Shown here piece by piece: positions 48,527 to 59,067 of a DNA stretch of 64,000 nt (its first letter is position 1; each line of letters begins with the position of its first letter). The stretch is from Minisyncoccota bacterium. Its GTDB lineage: Bacteria; Patescibacteriota; Minisyncoccia; Phycocordibacterales; UBA9973. A program made the translations under genes and the position numbers. The DNA lies in contig JBAZSZ010000001.1 of NCBI GenBank assembly GCA_041662205.1, positions 226,494 through 290,493 on the forward strand. The letters run 5' to 3'. Under the pieces are notes generated by a model. It was not told the DNA's origin. It worked only from the letters and a program-made list of their open reading frames with translations, and did not search any database.

Positions 48527-49919
48527 TTTTACCTATTATAGAAGCTATAGTAAAAGGATCAGGTGATTTATCTAATCCAGACAAAGCAAAACGTATTGGA
48601 TGTAGGAGCTCTCCCCTACTGTCCAATTTATCTGCTATCGTCATCAATACATTTTTAATATTTTCGACAGTAAAATTTTCTTCTTCTATCCCCCCTAATG
48701 CTTTTATTGCCTGATTTAAATTTTCAGATATTTTTTCGGGTAAAGTATTTTTAAAAATTAATTTTTCTTTAGAATAACTTGGTTGCTTGAAGAAAAAATC
48801 CAATTCCCCTTTTTCTACCATTTCTTTTACATCCCCCCACTTAGAAATTCTCTCTAAGACTACATGAACAAGTTTTGGATTACGCATTTTCTCAGGCAAC
48901 CATTCTAAAATATTTTTTTCTATTTCAGCTTGGGAAAGTAATTTTATATGTTCTTTATTGAGCCAATTTAATTTATCATCACTCCATTTTGCTCCAGAAT
49001 GTTGAATTTTAGTCAGATCAAAAACGTTTATCAATTCGTCACGTGTGTATACTTCTTTTTCTCCCCCCGGATTAAAACCAAGAAACGCTAAGTAGTTTAT
49101 CATTGCGTCTGGTAAATATCCTTCTTTTTCATATTCTAAAATGTCTTTTGCTCCATCTCTTTTGCTTAACTTTTTTTTTCCTTCTATCCCCATTATCGGT
49201 GGAGTAGTCACAAAATACGGAGGCATAACACCCAATGCTTTGTAGACAGCCAAAAATTTAGGAGTCGAAGAAATAAATTCCTGTCCTCGCACGACATGAG
49301 TCACCCCCATCTCTATATCGTCCACAATATGCGCAAAATTATATGTAGGATATCCATCACTTTTAATTAAAATAAAATCATCCAAAGCTTCAGGCCCCGC
49401 AGAAAGTTCTCCCCAAACAAGATCATTCCAAACTGCTTGTTTTAATTCTGACACTTTAAATCTTAGTGGCATAGTTCCATCCCAGACAGGTGGATTTTCA
49501 GGCCGATGTTCGCGATACAAAAAAGGTTTTTTCTCTATTTCTGCTTTTTTTTTAAATTCTTCAATCTCTTTTTCAGCATAAGGGTCAGCATATGCCGAGC
49601 CTTTTTTTATTAAAATCTCTGCATATTTTTTATATAATTCCAATCTCTCTGATTGAATATACGGTGCAAAAGGTCCACCGATGTCCGGCCCTTGATCCCA
49701 ATTCAAACCAAGCCATTTTAGTGATTTTTGAATATGCTCTATAGAACCTGCCACTTCCCTTTCCTTGTCAGTATCTTCTATGCGCAGAATAAATTGCCCG
49801 TTATTTTTTCTAGCAAAAAGCCACGCATAAAGCGCCGTGCGAACTCCTCCCACATGCATAAAACCAGTAGGCGATGGCGCAAACCGAGTTACAACTTTTT
49901 TTGTAGCTTTTTCTAACAT
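48492..49919 (-). CDS. gltX: Glutamyl-tRNA synthetase
   Basis: RFAPSPTG, HVGG, RIEDTD, KLSKR. Confidence 0.98.
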   Translation of the reverse strand: MLEKATKKVVTRFAPSPTGFMHVGGVRTALYAWLFARKNNGQFILRIEDTDKEREVAGSIEHIQKSLKWLGLNWDQGPDIGGPFAPYIQSERLELYKKYAEILIKKGSAYADPYAEKEIEEFKKKAEIEKKPFLYREHRPENPPVWDGTMPLRFKVSELKQAVWNDLVWGELSAGPEALDDFILIKSDGYPTYNFAHIVDDIEMGVTHVVRGQEFISSTPKFLAVYKALGVMPPYFVTTPPIMGIEGKKKLSKRDGAKDILEYEKEGYLPDAMINYLAFLGFNPGGEKEVYTRDELINVFDLTKIQHSGAKWSDDKLNWLNKEHIKLLSQAEIEKNILEWLPEKMRNPKLVHVVLERISKWGDVKEMVEKGELDFFFKQPSYSKEKLIFKNTLPEKISENLNQAIKALGGIEEENFTVENIKNVLMTIADKLDSRGELLHPIRFALSGLDKSPDPFTIASIIGKNETLLRLQKAI

Positions 49920-49943
49920 ACTATTATATTTTAGCATATTTTT

Positions 49944-51074
49944 TTATCTTTCGTGGTTCAAAGCTATATCTACTAATTCTTGAGCTATTTTTTCGGCAGC
50001 ACCTTCTTTACCAAAAGCTTTTGCATTTTGTGTCATTTTTTCATAGCTTATCTTGTCTTTTATTATTCTTTCAATTTCTAAACTTAAAATATTAGCTGTC
50101 ATATTATCCTCTTCGATAACACTACAAGCTCCAGCTCGGGCATAACAAAAAGCGTTTTTTCTTGAGTGATCAGCATTTGAATTCTTAAAAGGAACTAAAA
50201 TTGACGGCACACCCCAAGAGGATATCTCAAATAGAGTAGATCCAGCCCGAGAAACAATTATAGTCGCTGCGCCAGCAACCATTTTTATTTGTAGAGTATT
50301 TAAAAAAGGAAAAGGTAAATACCTTGCTTTGTTATTATTATTTGCCAATATAACTTCAGCTTCTCCGGAAACTGTTTTAAATTTCTGAACTCCAGTTTGG
50401 TGAATAATATAATAATTTTTTATCAATACTGGCAACGCGTCCAAGATAACATTATTTATGAGTTCTGCCCCTTGAGAGCCACCGAGGATAACGATAATGG
50501 GTATTTTTTCTTCTAATTTAAAATATTTTAATGCTTCATTTGGTGACGCCTTGTGTTCTATTTCTGTTCTAATAGGCTGTCCCACCCAAGCAACGTTTTC
50601 TTTTGGAAAAAAACCAGCGGCCTCAGCAAAAGAAACGGCGACTTTTTTAGCAAAATGTCCTGCCCAAAGATTCACTCTTCCTGGAGCAGAATCTGATTCA
50701 TGGATTAAAACAGGGATGCGTAAAATTCTAGCTGCAAAAATAGTCGGAAATGATGCGTAACCTCCCTTGCCAAAAACAACATCAGGATAAATTGAAAACA
50801 ATTTATAAATTGCATTAATAGTACCAAAAAAAATTTTAAAAACATCAATAAAATTTAAAAAAGAAAAATAAGTACGCATTTTTCCGGAGCCCACTTCTTC
50901 ATACAAGAGTCCATTTTCAACAAGCATTTTTTTATCATAGGGACTATCAGAAAAATAATAAAGTTTCGCTCCTACGAGATGTTCTTTATCTATTATTTGA
51001 TTAACTTTTTGAGCGACAGCAATGAGTGGATAAAAATGTCCACCTGTTCCCCCACCCGTAAAAACTATTTTCAT
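49944..51074 (-). CDS. murG: MurG glycosyltransferase
   Basis: TGGGTGGH, GGY, GGSQGA, SRAG. Confidence 0.97.
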   Translation of the reverse strand: MKIVFTGGGTGGHFYPLIAVAQKVNQIIDKEHLVGAKLYYFSDSPYDKKMLVENGLLYEEVGSGKMRTYFSFLNFIDVFKIFFGTINAIYKLFSIYPDVVFGKGGYASFPTIFAARILRIPVLIHESDSAPGRVNLWAGHFAKKVAVSFAEAAGFFPKENVAWVGQPIRTEIEHKASPNEALKYFKLEEKIPIIVILGGSQGAELINNVILDALPVLIKNYYIIHQTGVQKFKTVSGEAEVILANNNNKARYLPFPFLNTLQIKMVAGAATIIVSRAGSTLFEISSWGVPSILVPFKNSNADHSRKNAFCYARAGACSVIEEDNMTANILSLEIERIIKDKISYEKMTQNAKAFGKEGAAEKIAQELVDIALNHER

Positions 51075-51083
51075 ATATTTATT

Positions 51084-52187
51084 TTAATTATTTTTACGCT
51101 GAAATCTGGATATATTAAGCACAATACCCATTGTTATCATATAAACCATAAGTGAAGTACCTCCTTGACTCATAAAAACCAATGGAACTCCTGTCAGAGG
51201 AAAAACACCAATTACAGAAGCAATATGCATAAACGACTGCGCTGTAATTAGTATAACAATTCCATAAACTAAAAGTCCACTAAACGCATCTGGGGAACGA
51301 TTGGCAATACGAAAACCACGTAAAATAAAAAATAAATAAAGAAAAATAGTAATAGTTGATCCAATAAAGCCAAATTCCTCCCCCAAAACAGCAAAAATAG
51401 AATCCCCTTGTGGTTCTGGGAGATAACTAAACTTTTGAATACTTTGACCAAATCCTCGTCCAAAAATACCTCCGGATCCCAAAGCAATAAGCGATTGTTG
51501 AATTTGATAAGAAGATCCCTGCGCATCTGCTGATGGATTAATAAAAGTTTTCACTCGTTCTTGCAAATAAGGCGTAAAATAAACGAGAGTTCCGAGCAGT
51601 AACACAGCTCCAAGAATTGTACCTAAAATGTATTTTATAGGAACGCTGGCGATAAAAAGCATTGAGATTCCAGTAATAGTAATCAAAATAAAACTTTTTG
51701 TATCTGGTTGCTTTAATAAAACAAAAGCAATAACTGCGATCATTATTAAAAAGGGTAAAATTCCAAATTTAAAATCCTGTACTTTGTTTTTTATCCAAGA
51801 CAACCATGCTGCAAGATAAATCACAAAAGCAAATTTTAAAAATTCTACTGGTTGAAAATTAAATCCACCTATTTGTATCCACCTTTGCGCTCCACCATGA
51901 CTCCAACCGATAGAAGGAATAAAAACCGCTGCAGTTAATAATATAGATCCTAAAAAAATTATAAAAGAAAATTTACGCCAAAATTTATAATTTATTTTGG
52001 AACAAATATACATACCCACCAAGCCGAGACCCAGACCGAGAACTAGCTGACTAAAAAGAACTGAATAAAATATTTTTTCATTTTTTGCTAAAACTCCAAG
52101 AGATGCAGAAATAAACATAGCAACTCCAAGTGCTAGTAAAATAAATATAATTATAAGAAAAAATTTATCAACCTTTTTTTCTTTCAT
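51084..52187 (-). CDS. ftsW: SEDS glycosyltransferase FtsW
   Basis: GAQRW, FQPVEFLK, QPD, LPEPQGDSIF, GGTS. Confidence 0.95.
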   Translation of the reverse strand: MKEKKVDKFFLIIIFILLALGVAMFISASLGVLAKNEKIFYSVLFSQLVLGLGLGLVGMYICSKINYKFWRKFSFIIFLGSILLTAAVFIPSIGWSHGGAQRWIQIGGFNFQPVEFLKFAFVIYLAAWLSWIKNKVQDFKFGILPFLIMIAVIAFVLLKQPDTKSFILITITGISMLFIASVPIKYILGTILGAVLLLGTLVYFTPYLQERVKTFINPSADAQGSSYQIQQSLIALGSGGIFGRGFGQSIQKFSYLPEPQGDSIFAVLGEEFGFIGSTITIFLYLFFILRGFRIANRSPDAFSGLLVYGIVILITAQSFMHIASVIGVFPLTGVPLVFMSQGGTSLMVYMITMGIVLNISRFQRKNN

Positions 52188-52189
52188 AT

Positions 52190-53245
52190 TTACCGACTAA
52201 TAATTGCTAAGATCACACCTACGATGGCAAACATAATTGAAAGAACCCAAAAGCGCATTGTCACTTTATAAGATGGCCAACCAAGCGCTTGAAAATGATG
52301 ATGAATCGGTGCAAGCCTAAATATCCTTTTACCTCCTCTAAATTTTTTTGAAATAAATTGTAAAATAACTGATCCAGATGTGATGACAAGCATTAGAGCT
52401 ACTATAGGAAGGATTAAGACCGAATCAGTCAGAAATGCTAAAGTAGCCAAAGTAATAGTAAGCCCCATGATACCTGTTTCTCCCATATAAAATCTTGCAG
52501 GTGGAATATTAAACCAAAGAAACGCGAGTATCGCTCCAGTAGCAACTCCAGAGAAAACAGCTAGATCTATTTGATTATTGGCAAAAGCAACCGCTGAATA
52601 CGCAGCAAAAATAGAAGCCATTACTCCCCCCGAAAGTCCATCTATGCCATCTATGACCCCGCCAGAGAAAGTGGCTAGTGCCACTATTATGAAAAATGGA
52701 ATGATTAAAATACCTAAATAAATCTCCCCACCAAACGGTATATGGATGGAATTCATTCCTAATTTATAAAAAAACCAGTATCCAATTAAAAAAGATATTA
52801 GAATCACAAAAAAAGCTTTCCATTTACGCCAAGACGCATCATCTCTAGCCGCCTTACTATTTCCATAGATCTGAAGTAAGTCATCCCAAAGCCCAATCAG
52901 TGAACCTAAAAGTAAAGTAAAAAATGGTATTAATGTCTGATTACGAGAAAGAAAATTCATTTTTTCTGTATTAATAGAAGGAAATATAATTGATGTCAGA
53001 AAAAAAATAAGGGTGGTAAGTAAAACAGAAAACCAAATTATTATTCCTCCGACACGGGGGGTATTTATTTCTTCTTTTTCATTGTGAATTTTATGAAAAT
53101 CTGATGCAGAAGTATCTATATTCCTAGAATATTTTTTCCACATTTTATATTTATAGAAAAAATGTGTAGCAAAAGGAGTAATTAAAAGGCCTAAAAAAAA
53201 TGCAAATACTGTCGGAACAAAAATTTTAACTAAATTAAAAAGCAT
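52190..53245 (-). CDS. mraY: Phospho-MurNAc-pentapeptide transferase
   Basis: TPRVGG, WDD, DGIDGL, FN.PPAR.YMG, APIHHHF. Confidence 0.95.
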   Translation of the reverse strand: MLFNLVKIFVPTVFAFFLGLLITPFATHFFYKYKMWKKYSRNIDTSASDFHKIHNEKEEINTPRVGGIIIWFSVLLTTLIFFLTSIIFPSINTEKMNFLSRNQTLIPFFTLLLGSLIGLWDDLLQIYGNSKAARDDASWRKWKAFFVILISFLIGYWFFYKLGMNSIHIPFGGEIYLGILIIPFFIIVALATFSGGVIDGIDGLSGGVMASIFAAYSAVAFANNQIDLAVFSGVATGAILAFLWFNIPPARFYMGETGIMGLTITLATLAFLTDSVLILPIVALMLVITSGSVILQFISKKFRGGKRIFRLAPIHHHFQALGWPSYKVTMRFWVLSIMFAIVGVILAIISR

Positions 53246-53305
53246 ATAGTTAGTATAACATTAATTTTTTTTGATTAAAACGTATGCCTGTGTTATTGTT
53301 TTCAG

Positions 53306-54133
53306 GTGAATAAAATTAATTTTAAATTAATATTTTCCTTAATTTTTCTAATTTTTGTATCTTTCCCGATATTTACTTTTTCTCTCTTGAATTTTAGAGA
53401 AGGAAAAATAAATGAAATAAATTACCAAAAATTTTTACAAAAAGAAAGAGAAGCTCAAGAAAAAATAGAAAAGAAAAATTATTTAATGGGTAAATTTAAC
53501 CCTAGCACCAGAGAAGATTTTGTTTTAATACCAACAGAATACACGACAGATAAAAGTACGATGTATTTAAGAAAAGAAACCTTAGATGCCTTTTTAAAAA
53601 TGCATGATGCAGCCGCTAAGGATAAAATAGATTTAAAAATAGCTTCTGCGACAAGAAATTTTAATTATCAAAAAGATTTTTGGAATAAAATATGGACTGG
53701 AGCTTCGTTATTAAATAAAGAAAATTTAGCAAAAAGCATACTTGATAATCAAAAAAGATTTAAAAAAATATTAGAGTATGTCGCTGTTCCTGGAACATCT
53801 CGCCACCACTTCGGTACAGATATAGATCTAAATGGTGGTAATGCTTCTTATTTTAATTCGGAAGTAGGCAAAAAAGAATATGCTTGGCTTGTAAAAAATG
53901 CCTTCTTGTTTGGTTTTTGCCAACCATACAATTTAAAAGGAGAAGATAGAACGACTGGTTATAATGAAGAAAAATGGCATTGGTCCTATTTCCCTCTGGC
54001 AAAAAATTTTACGCAAGAATATAAAAATCTAGTGAAGGACGAAGATATAAAAGGATTCCTAGGAGACGAAAATGTAGCTGGAAAAGATTTGATAAATAAT
54101 TATGTGCTTGATATTAATCCAGATTGTTTTTAA
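53306..54133 (+). CDS. M15B D,D-carboxypeptidase (VanY-like)
   Basis: SATR, PGTSRHHFGTDID, EKWHW. Confidence 0.9.
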   Translation: MNKINFKLIFSLIFLIFVSFPIFTFSLLNFREGKINEINYQKFLQKEREAQEKIEKKNYLMGKFNPSTREDFVLIPTEYTTDKSTMYLRKETLDAFLKMHDAAAKDKIDLKIASATRNFNYQKDFWNKIWTGASLLNKENLAKSILDNQKRFKKILEYVAVPGTSRHHFGTDIDLNGGNASYFNSEVGKKEYAWLVKNAFLFGFCQPYNLKGEDRTTGYNEEKWHWSYFPLAKNFTQEYKNLVKDEDIKGFLGDENVAGKDLINNYVLDINPDCF

Positions 54134-54746
54134 TTTTAAAATATCTTTTATAAAGACCAAATTCTGATAATATTTCCCGTAAGGTTAGTGTTACCGCTAT
54201 GGAAACAATTATAGCCAAATTGATATTTAAAAACATTAAAAAATAAAAAGTTGTAGCACCAGCAAAAACAGCCATTATATAACCAGATTTTTTTTGAAAA
54301 GCAAAAGGTGCATCCCCCATCACTGCATCACGAAGAATTCCTCCGCCAAAACCAGTAATCATACCCATAAAAATACAAGCGAGTGCAGTCATAATTCCAT
54401 TACCAACGTTATGAAACAAAAAATTATAAGTTATAGAAGTTCCAATAATTGCAAAAGCAGCTAATCCGACAGAATCTAGAAAACGAAAAAAGGTGAACCA
54501 TTTCTTAAAAACATGTGGCACTAAATATGTAGCAATGCCACCAACGATAGCAAGTAAAAGATAGTTTGGATCTTTTAGATAAAAAAGTGGCGTCCGCCCA
54601 ATAACCAAATCACGAAAAGTTCCCCCTCCCACCGCTGTAATCACACCCAAAAGCACCACCCCAAAAACATTTAGCTCGCGTCCTCTTGCCTTAAATGCCC
54701 CCGCGACCGCAAAAGCTAACGTTCCAATGAGATCTAGAATGTACAT
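54114..54746 (-). CDS. UPF0126/TRIC-family membrane protein
   Basis: GTLAFAVAG, GGGTFRD, GGGILRD. Confidence 0.9.
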   Translation of the reverse strand: MYILDLIGTLAFAVAGAFKARGRELNVFGVVLLGVITAVGGGTFRDLVIGRTPLFYLKDPNYLLLAIVGGIATYLVPHVFKKWFTFFRFLDSVGLAAFAIIGTSITYNFLFHNVGNGIMTALACIFMGMITGFGGGILRDAVMGDAPFAFQKKSGYIMAVFAGATTFYFLMFLNINLAIIVSIAVTLTLREILSEFGLYKRYFKIKNNLD

Positions 54747-54809
54747 AAATTTATTTTATCATAATCCTACCTCACCCCCAACCCCCTCTCCTTAATAAAG
54801 TAGAGGGAG

Positions 54810-55988
54810 CTAATAAACCTCCTGCTGATAACATTTCTCACAATAAACTATCTCAGGCCTATTTGGCGCATAGCTGGTTTCGAATTCATTCTGGCACCCA
54901 ATATTCATGCATTTTCTATGCCAAAGTTTAAGTGAATTCTCTAATTTTAAACGATCACTATTTCTGCAGAAAAAACATTTACGTGGTATTGGAATAGAAT
55001 ATTTTTTGTAAAAGGTAAATTCATTTTGGATAATTTTATAATTTCTACCACATTCTACACAAGTAAGTACTTCATTTAAAATATTTTCCGAAATATCTAA
55101 AATAGAATCCGGTATATGTTCTGACTTTAATGTCTCTTTATTAATAGTTTTTTGAATTTTGTCCCACCATTTATAGCCCCCTTTTTTAGCTTCTTCTTTT
55201 GATAGTGGAAAATATTCCATCGCCATAGTTTCATTATAACCAAAATTAGACATTGAAGCTGGAAAAAATTCTCCATATTCCCCAGTTTTCTTCATATGCT
55301 CAATCAATTTATCTCGCAATTTAAAATATTCTTCCTTAGAATATTCTTTGTTCAAAATACAATATTGGCCATGCTTTATAGCACAACAACCAAAAAGATG
55401 TTTTGAAGAATGACAATATGAAGTAGCACAACGAATGCACTCATACAAGAACTCATTTTTTGATCGAAGATTCATGCAATCCACAATGTCTTTACCCGCT
55501 AAACTAAAAAAACAATACATTGCATTTTCAGCATGCCAGCCAGAAAAACACATATAACAGTTTTTTGAAAACCACCAATCGTGTGTATATTCGCAGTTTA
55601 AACTAGCAATACCATCGTCGTTTACTACTGACATATGAGGAACTTTTCTTATAAGTTCTCTGAATTGAGAAAAAAATGTTTTTGAAAAATCATAATCAGA
55701 ACCATAGCTTTTTGCATCCCATTTATCACTCCACCAACATTTATTGCAGTAAATAGTAAGACCCGAATCTGGAGCATAAATAGACACTACTCCTTTTCCA
55801 CATAAATCACATTTTCTGTTAAAAAGAGACATTTTATTTCTCCACGCCCAGCGTCTTTGTCTACGACAATCTGTACAAAAAGTTGGAAGAGGAACTTTTA
55901 TTTTTTCATAAAATCCAAAATCGTCCGGCTCTATTACGAAATCTTTTTCACAATTCTGACATATTTTGTTTTCACTTTTATCTTTCAT
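54810..55988 (-). CDS. CPR cysteine-rich repeat protein, short form
   Basis: Same termini as paralogs, about 180 aa shorter internally. Confidence 0.85.
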   Translation of the reverse strand: MKDKSENKICQNCEKDFVIEPDDFGFYEKIKVPLPTFCTDCRRQRRWAWRNKMSLFNRKCDLCGKGVVSIYAPDSGLTIYCNKCWWSDKWDAKSYGSDYDFSKTFFSQFRELIRKVPHMSVVNDDGIASLNCEYTHDWWFSKNCYMCFSGWHAENAMYCFFSLAGKDIVDCMNLRSKNEFLYECIRCATSYCHSSKHLFGCCAIKHGQYCILNKEYSKEEYFKLRDKLIEHMKKTGEYGEFFPASMSNFGYNETMAMEYFPLSKEEAKKGGYKWWDKIQKTINKETLKSEHIPDSILDISENILNEVLTCVECGRNYKIIQNEFTFYKKYSIPIPRKCFFCRNSDRLKLENSLKLWHRKCMNIGCQNEFETSYAPNRPEIVYCEKCYQQEVY

Positions 55989-55998
55989 ATTTTTAATC

Positions 55999-56018
55999 TA
56001 CTTTAGTTAAGTAAAGTA
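55999..56018. promoter_or_regulatory. HisR/TrpR-type operator
   Basis: TACTTTAGTTAAGTAAAGTA, 10 nt before ATG at 55988. Confidence 0.7.
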
Positions 56019-56040
56019 ATTAAAATACACTAGCCACAGG

Positions 56041-57744
56041 CTAATAAACCTCTTGCTGGTAACATTTCTCACAATAAACTATCTCTGGCCTATCTGGTGC
56101 ATAACTTGTCTCAAATTCTACTTCACATTTTTTATCTACGTGAAAATGCCCAGCTTTGTTGCACATACACTGTCTGCGCCAAAGCTTGTTTGGTCCTCTA
56201 TTTTTATAACGTTTAATGTGACGGCATTCAGGGCAATTGCGCGGTATTGGTATTTCCATTCTTTTATAAAAAGCCAGCTCATCTTCTATAATTCGATAAT
56301 TTTTATTGCACTCTGTACACAAAAAGACTTCTTTGTTTACATCAAAATCTTTTAATAAATTCATTATAGAATCTGGGAAACTTTTCCAATCTATTGTTTC
56401 TTTGCCATACGTCCCCCGAGGAGTATCTTCCCATTTAAAACCTTGAGCTAGCGCTTCTTCTTTGGTGAGTGGGAGTTCGTCCATAACAGAAGATTCATTG
56501 TAACCGAATGGTGAAATATCCTTTGGAAAAAAGTCACCATAAATACCACCTTCTTTCATTTTTGAAATAATTTCTGCGCGCAATTTTTTATAATCTTCTT
56601 TGCTATATTGTTTATTTAAAATACAATAAGAACCCTTTATTAAAGAAACGCATCCAAAACAATTATTAGAATTTGGGCAATTTAAACAATATTCCATAAA
56701 TTGTGAGCCCCAGCAATATTGAGAACAAATAATATTTGACGCTTCGAGACCAGTATTAAGGGTATTATAAATTAATTCTGATGTGCGTCCTGCAGTGTTG
56801 CAATCCATGCAATCTTTCGCTCCACGCCAAACATGCATAGAATAAGCATTATCTTCCGCATCATAAGAATGGAAACATTGACGATTATTTTTTACATTTG
56901 TCATATAGTTTCCAGTAGAATTTACGGCATTGAAAATCTCAGCGAACTTTCTAGGTTTGTCTTTTATAAAATTTTGAAATTCTTTTTTAAAAGATTCCAC
57001 TCCGGAATGCGTATCTAATCTAAAAGATTTTAATTTCTTTTCATATTCCTCTTTTGTGTATGATTCATTAAAAATACAATTTTTTTGTCCACGCAGATTT
57101 ATACATCCTAAACAACTTGTACAATTTCGGCAATCAAGAAGAAAAGAACTATCAAGACAACTATGGCACCCTTTAGAAAATCGTAGATTATTGCAGTCAT
57201 AACAATCATCAACTTCATATGACAATTCTACTTTGTTTGTAAAAGAACAATCAACTAAATCTTTTGAAAGCTGGATCCAATAGCAATTAATACAATTCTC
57301 ATTATTTGAACTTTCTATGATCACATAGCAGTTTTTATTATCAGCTGTAAAATTTAAATAATGACAATTAACATTCCTTAAACCAGTTAAGGCTGGTTTT
57401 GGAGTTTTTTCCCAAAGCTTCCTAAATTGTTCAAAGAATGATTTTTTAGAGTCATAATCTTCCGCATATTTTTTAGCTTCTAAATCGTCGCCATACCAAC
57501 AATTAGAACACCAACTTGGATAAGTTTTGTTTGGGCTAAAAACTGAAATGGTATCTTTTTTACAATTATCACAAATGCGTTTATAAAAACATCTTTCATT
57601 TTTATAACAAAGTCGAAGTTGCATTCGACACTCTGGACAAATTTTGGGAGAAAGCACACCAATCTTTTCATAAAATCCAAAATCATCCGGCTCTATTAGG
57701 AAATCTTTTTCACAATTCTGACATTGCTTAGTTTGTGCTTCCAT
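56041..57744 (-). CDS. CPR cysteine-rich repeat protein
   Basis: CQNC start, two Cys blocks, VYCEKCYQQEVY end; overlaps scpB by 17 nt. Confidence 0.85.
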   Translation of the reverse strand: MEAQTKQCQNCEKDFLIEPDDFGFYEKIGVLSPKICPECRMQLRLCYKNERCFYKRICDNCKKDTISVFSPNKTYPSWCSNCWYGDDLEAKKYAEDYDSKKSFFEQFRKLWEKTPKPALTGLRNVNCHYLNFTADNKNCYVIIESSNNENCINCYWIQLSKDLVDCSFTNKVELSYEVDDCYDCNNLRFSKGCHSCLDSSFLLDCRNCTSCLGCINLRGQKNCIFNESYTKEEYEKKLKSFRLDTHSGVESFKKEFQNFIKDKPRKFAEIFNAVNSTGNYMTNVKNNRQCFHSYDAEDNAYSMHVWRGAKDCMDCNTAGRTSELIYNTLNTGLEASNIICSQYCWGSQFMEYCLNCPNSNNCFGCVSLIKGSYCILNKQYSKEDYKKLRAEIISKMKEGGIYGDFFPKDISPFGYNESSVMDELPLTKEEALAQGFKWEDTPRGTYGKETIDWKSFPDSIMNLLKDFDVNKEVFLCTECNKNYRIIEDELAFYKRMEIPIPRNCPECRHIKRYKNRGPNKLWRRQCMCNKAGHFHVDKKCEVEFETSYAPDRPEIVYCEKCYQQEVY

Positions 57745-58309
57745 TTTCTTCTTTTAAATCCCCCGCTTCGACGGATAAATCTTCTAAATTCTTTGATGCG
57801 ACATTTATAGAATTACTAACTTCCGCATAATCTGGTAATTCTTCTACAGATTTTACTCCCATAAAAGACAATAACTCAAAACTAGGTTTGTAAATATATT
57901 TTCTACTATCTTTCATATCTGTAGTTTTCTCTATGAGTCCACGAATAGATAATGCACGTAAAGTAAAACTGGAGTTTACTCCTCTGATATAGTCAATCTC
58001 TGCGCGAGAAACTCCATTTTTATAAAGAATAATAGAAAGGGTTTCTAGGCTTGCTTTTGAAAGATCTTTATTCAATTCTTCTTTTTGTAAGTCTTCGATG
58101 AGCTTACTGCATTCCGAAGCTGTGCCAAGCATAATTTCTTCATCATTTTCAATAAGTACTATTCCTCTATTTTCTAAACTTGTTTTTAAATTTATAATTG
58201 CTGATTGAATTTCTTCTCCTGAAACTTTCAAAATTTCAGAAAGTTTTTTTCGTGACATCGGCTCTCCTTTCCAAAACAATATTGCTTCTATTTTTTGTTC
58301 TAAATTCAT
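57728..58309 (-). CDS. scpB: Condensin subunit ScpB
   Basis: IEAILF, LSKASLETLSII, IDYIRGVNS. Confidence 0.95.
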   Translation of the reverse strand: MNLEQKIEAILFWKGEPMSRKKLSEILKVSGEEIQSAIINLKTSLENRGIVLIENDEEIMLGTASECSKLIEDLQKEELNKDLSKASLETLSIILYKNGVSRAEIDYIRGVNSSFTLRALSIRGLIEKTTDMKDSRKYIYKPSFELLSFMGVKSVEELPDYAEVSNSINVASKNLEDLSVEAGDLKEENGSTN

Positions 58310-59022
58310 ATTTTTTCAATTATAATATCCTGAAAATTCTCATTTTGTGTCGCATCCATTATACCATTTCTAACAAGCTCTAACATGGCCAAAAAACCAA
58401 CTATCACAACAATTTTCTCTTCTTTAGATTCGGCTTTTCCTGCAAAATCTTTAAAATTCATTTTCAGAGAATTTTGAATCCTCTCCGTCAATTTATCTAT
58501 CATTTCTTCCAAACTGATTACTTTTCGTACTTCTACTTTTGGTAAAAATACTTTTTGAGGCATGGCGCCTATTGCGTTTCGAGCGAAAGTCATCATAGAA
58601 TCTCGAGTGATTTGAGCATCTGGCAAAAATACTAGCACATCACTCTTTCTTTCAAGTGGCGCGAAAATTATTTTCTGACCAAAATTATTTTTTACATGAA
58701 CGCCAAGTTTGGTAAAAAGTTCATAAAGTCGAAGTCTTTCTTCCAAATTCTTTATATCTCCTTCCTCCTCATTTGTCAGATCTAAATTCGGTAACAATGA
58801 TTTTGATTTGATTAAAAGCAAAGTAGATGCCACAGAAACAAAACTAGAAACTTCAGAATAATGCAGACCTCCTAATCTATTCATATAATTCAAATAATCC
58901 TCAGTCACCACAGAAAGAGAAACATCATTGATATGAAGCTTCCTTTTTTCAATCAAAGTCAAAAGCAGTCCAAACGGTCCCTCAAAACCAGCTGTTTTTA
59001 TTGTGTAATTTTCTGTTTCCAC
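58306..59022 (-). CDS. scpA: Condensin subunit ScpA
   Basis: FEGPFGLLL, LLLIKSKSLLP, FLAMLEL. Confidence 0.95.
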   Translation of the reverse strand: METENYTIKTAGFEGPFGLLLTLIEKRKLHINDVSLSVVTEDYLNYMNRLGGLHYSEVSSFVSVASTLLLIKSKSLLPNLDLTNEEEGDIKNLEERLRLYELFTKLGVHVKNNFGQKIIFAPLERKSDVLVFLPDAQITRDSMMTFARNAIGAMPQKVFLPKVEVRKVISLEEMIDKLTERIQNSLKMNFKDFAGKAESKEEKIVVIVGFLAMLELVRNGIMDATQNENFQDIIIEKI

Positions 59023-59067
59023 CTTTATATTATATAACTATTTTAAAATTTTAACTAATTAAATAAT

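Noticed and set aside
54767-54809. C-rich CCCTCT...AGAGGG element
   Set aside because: Single degenerate REP-like or terminator-like copy; no array or transposase
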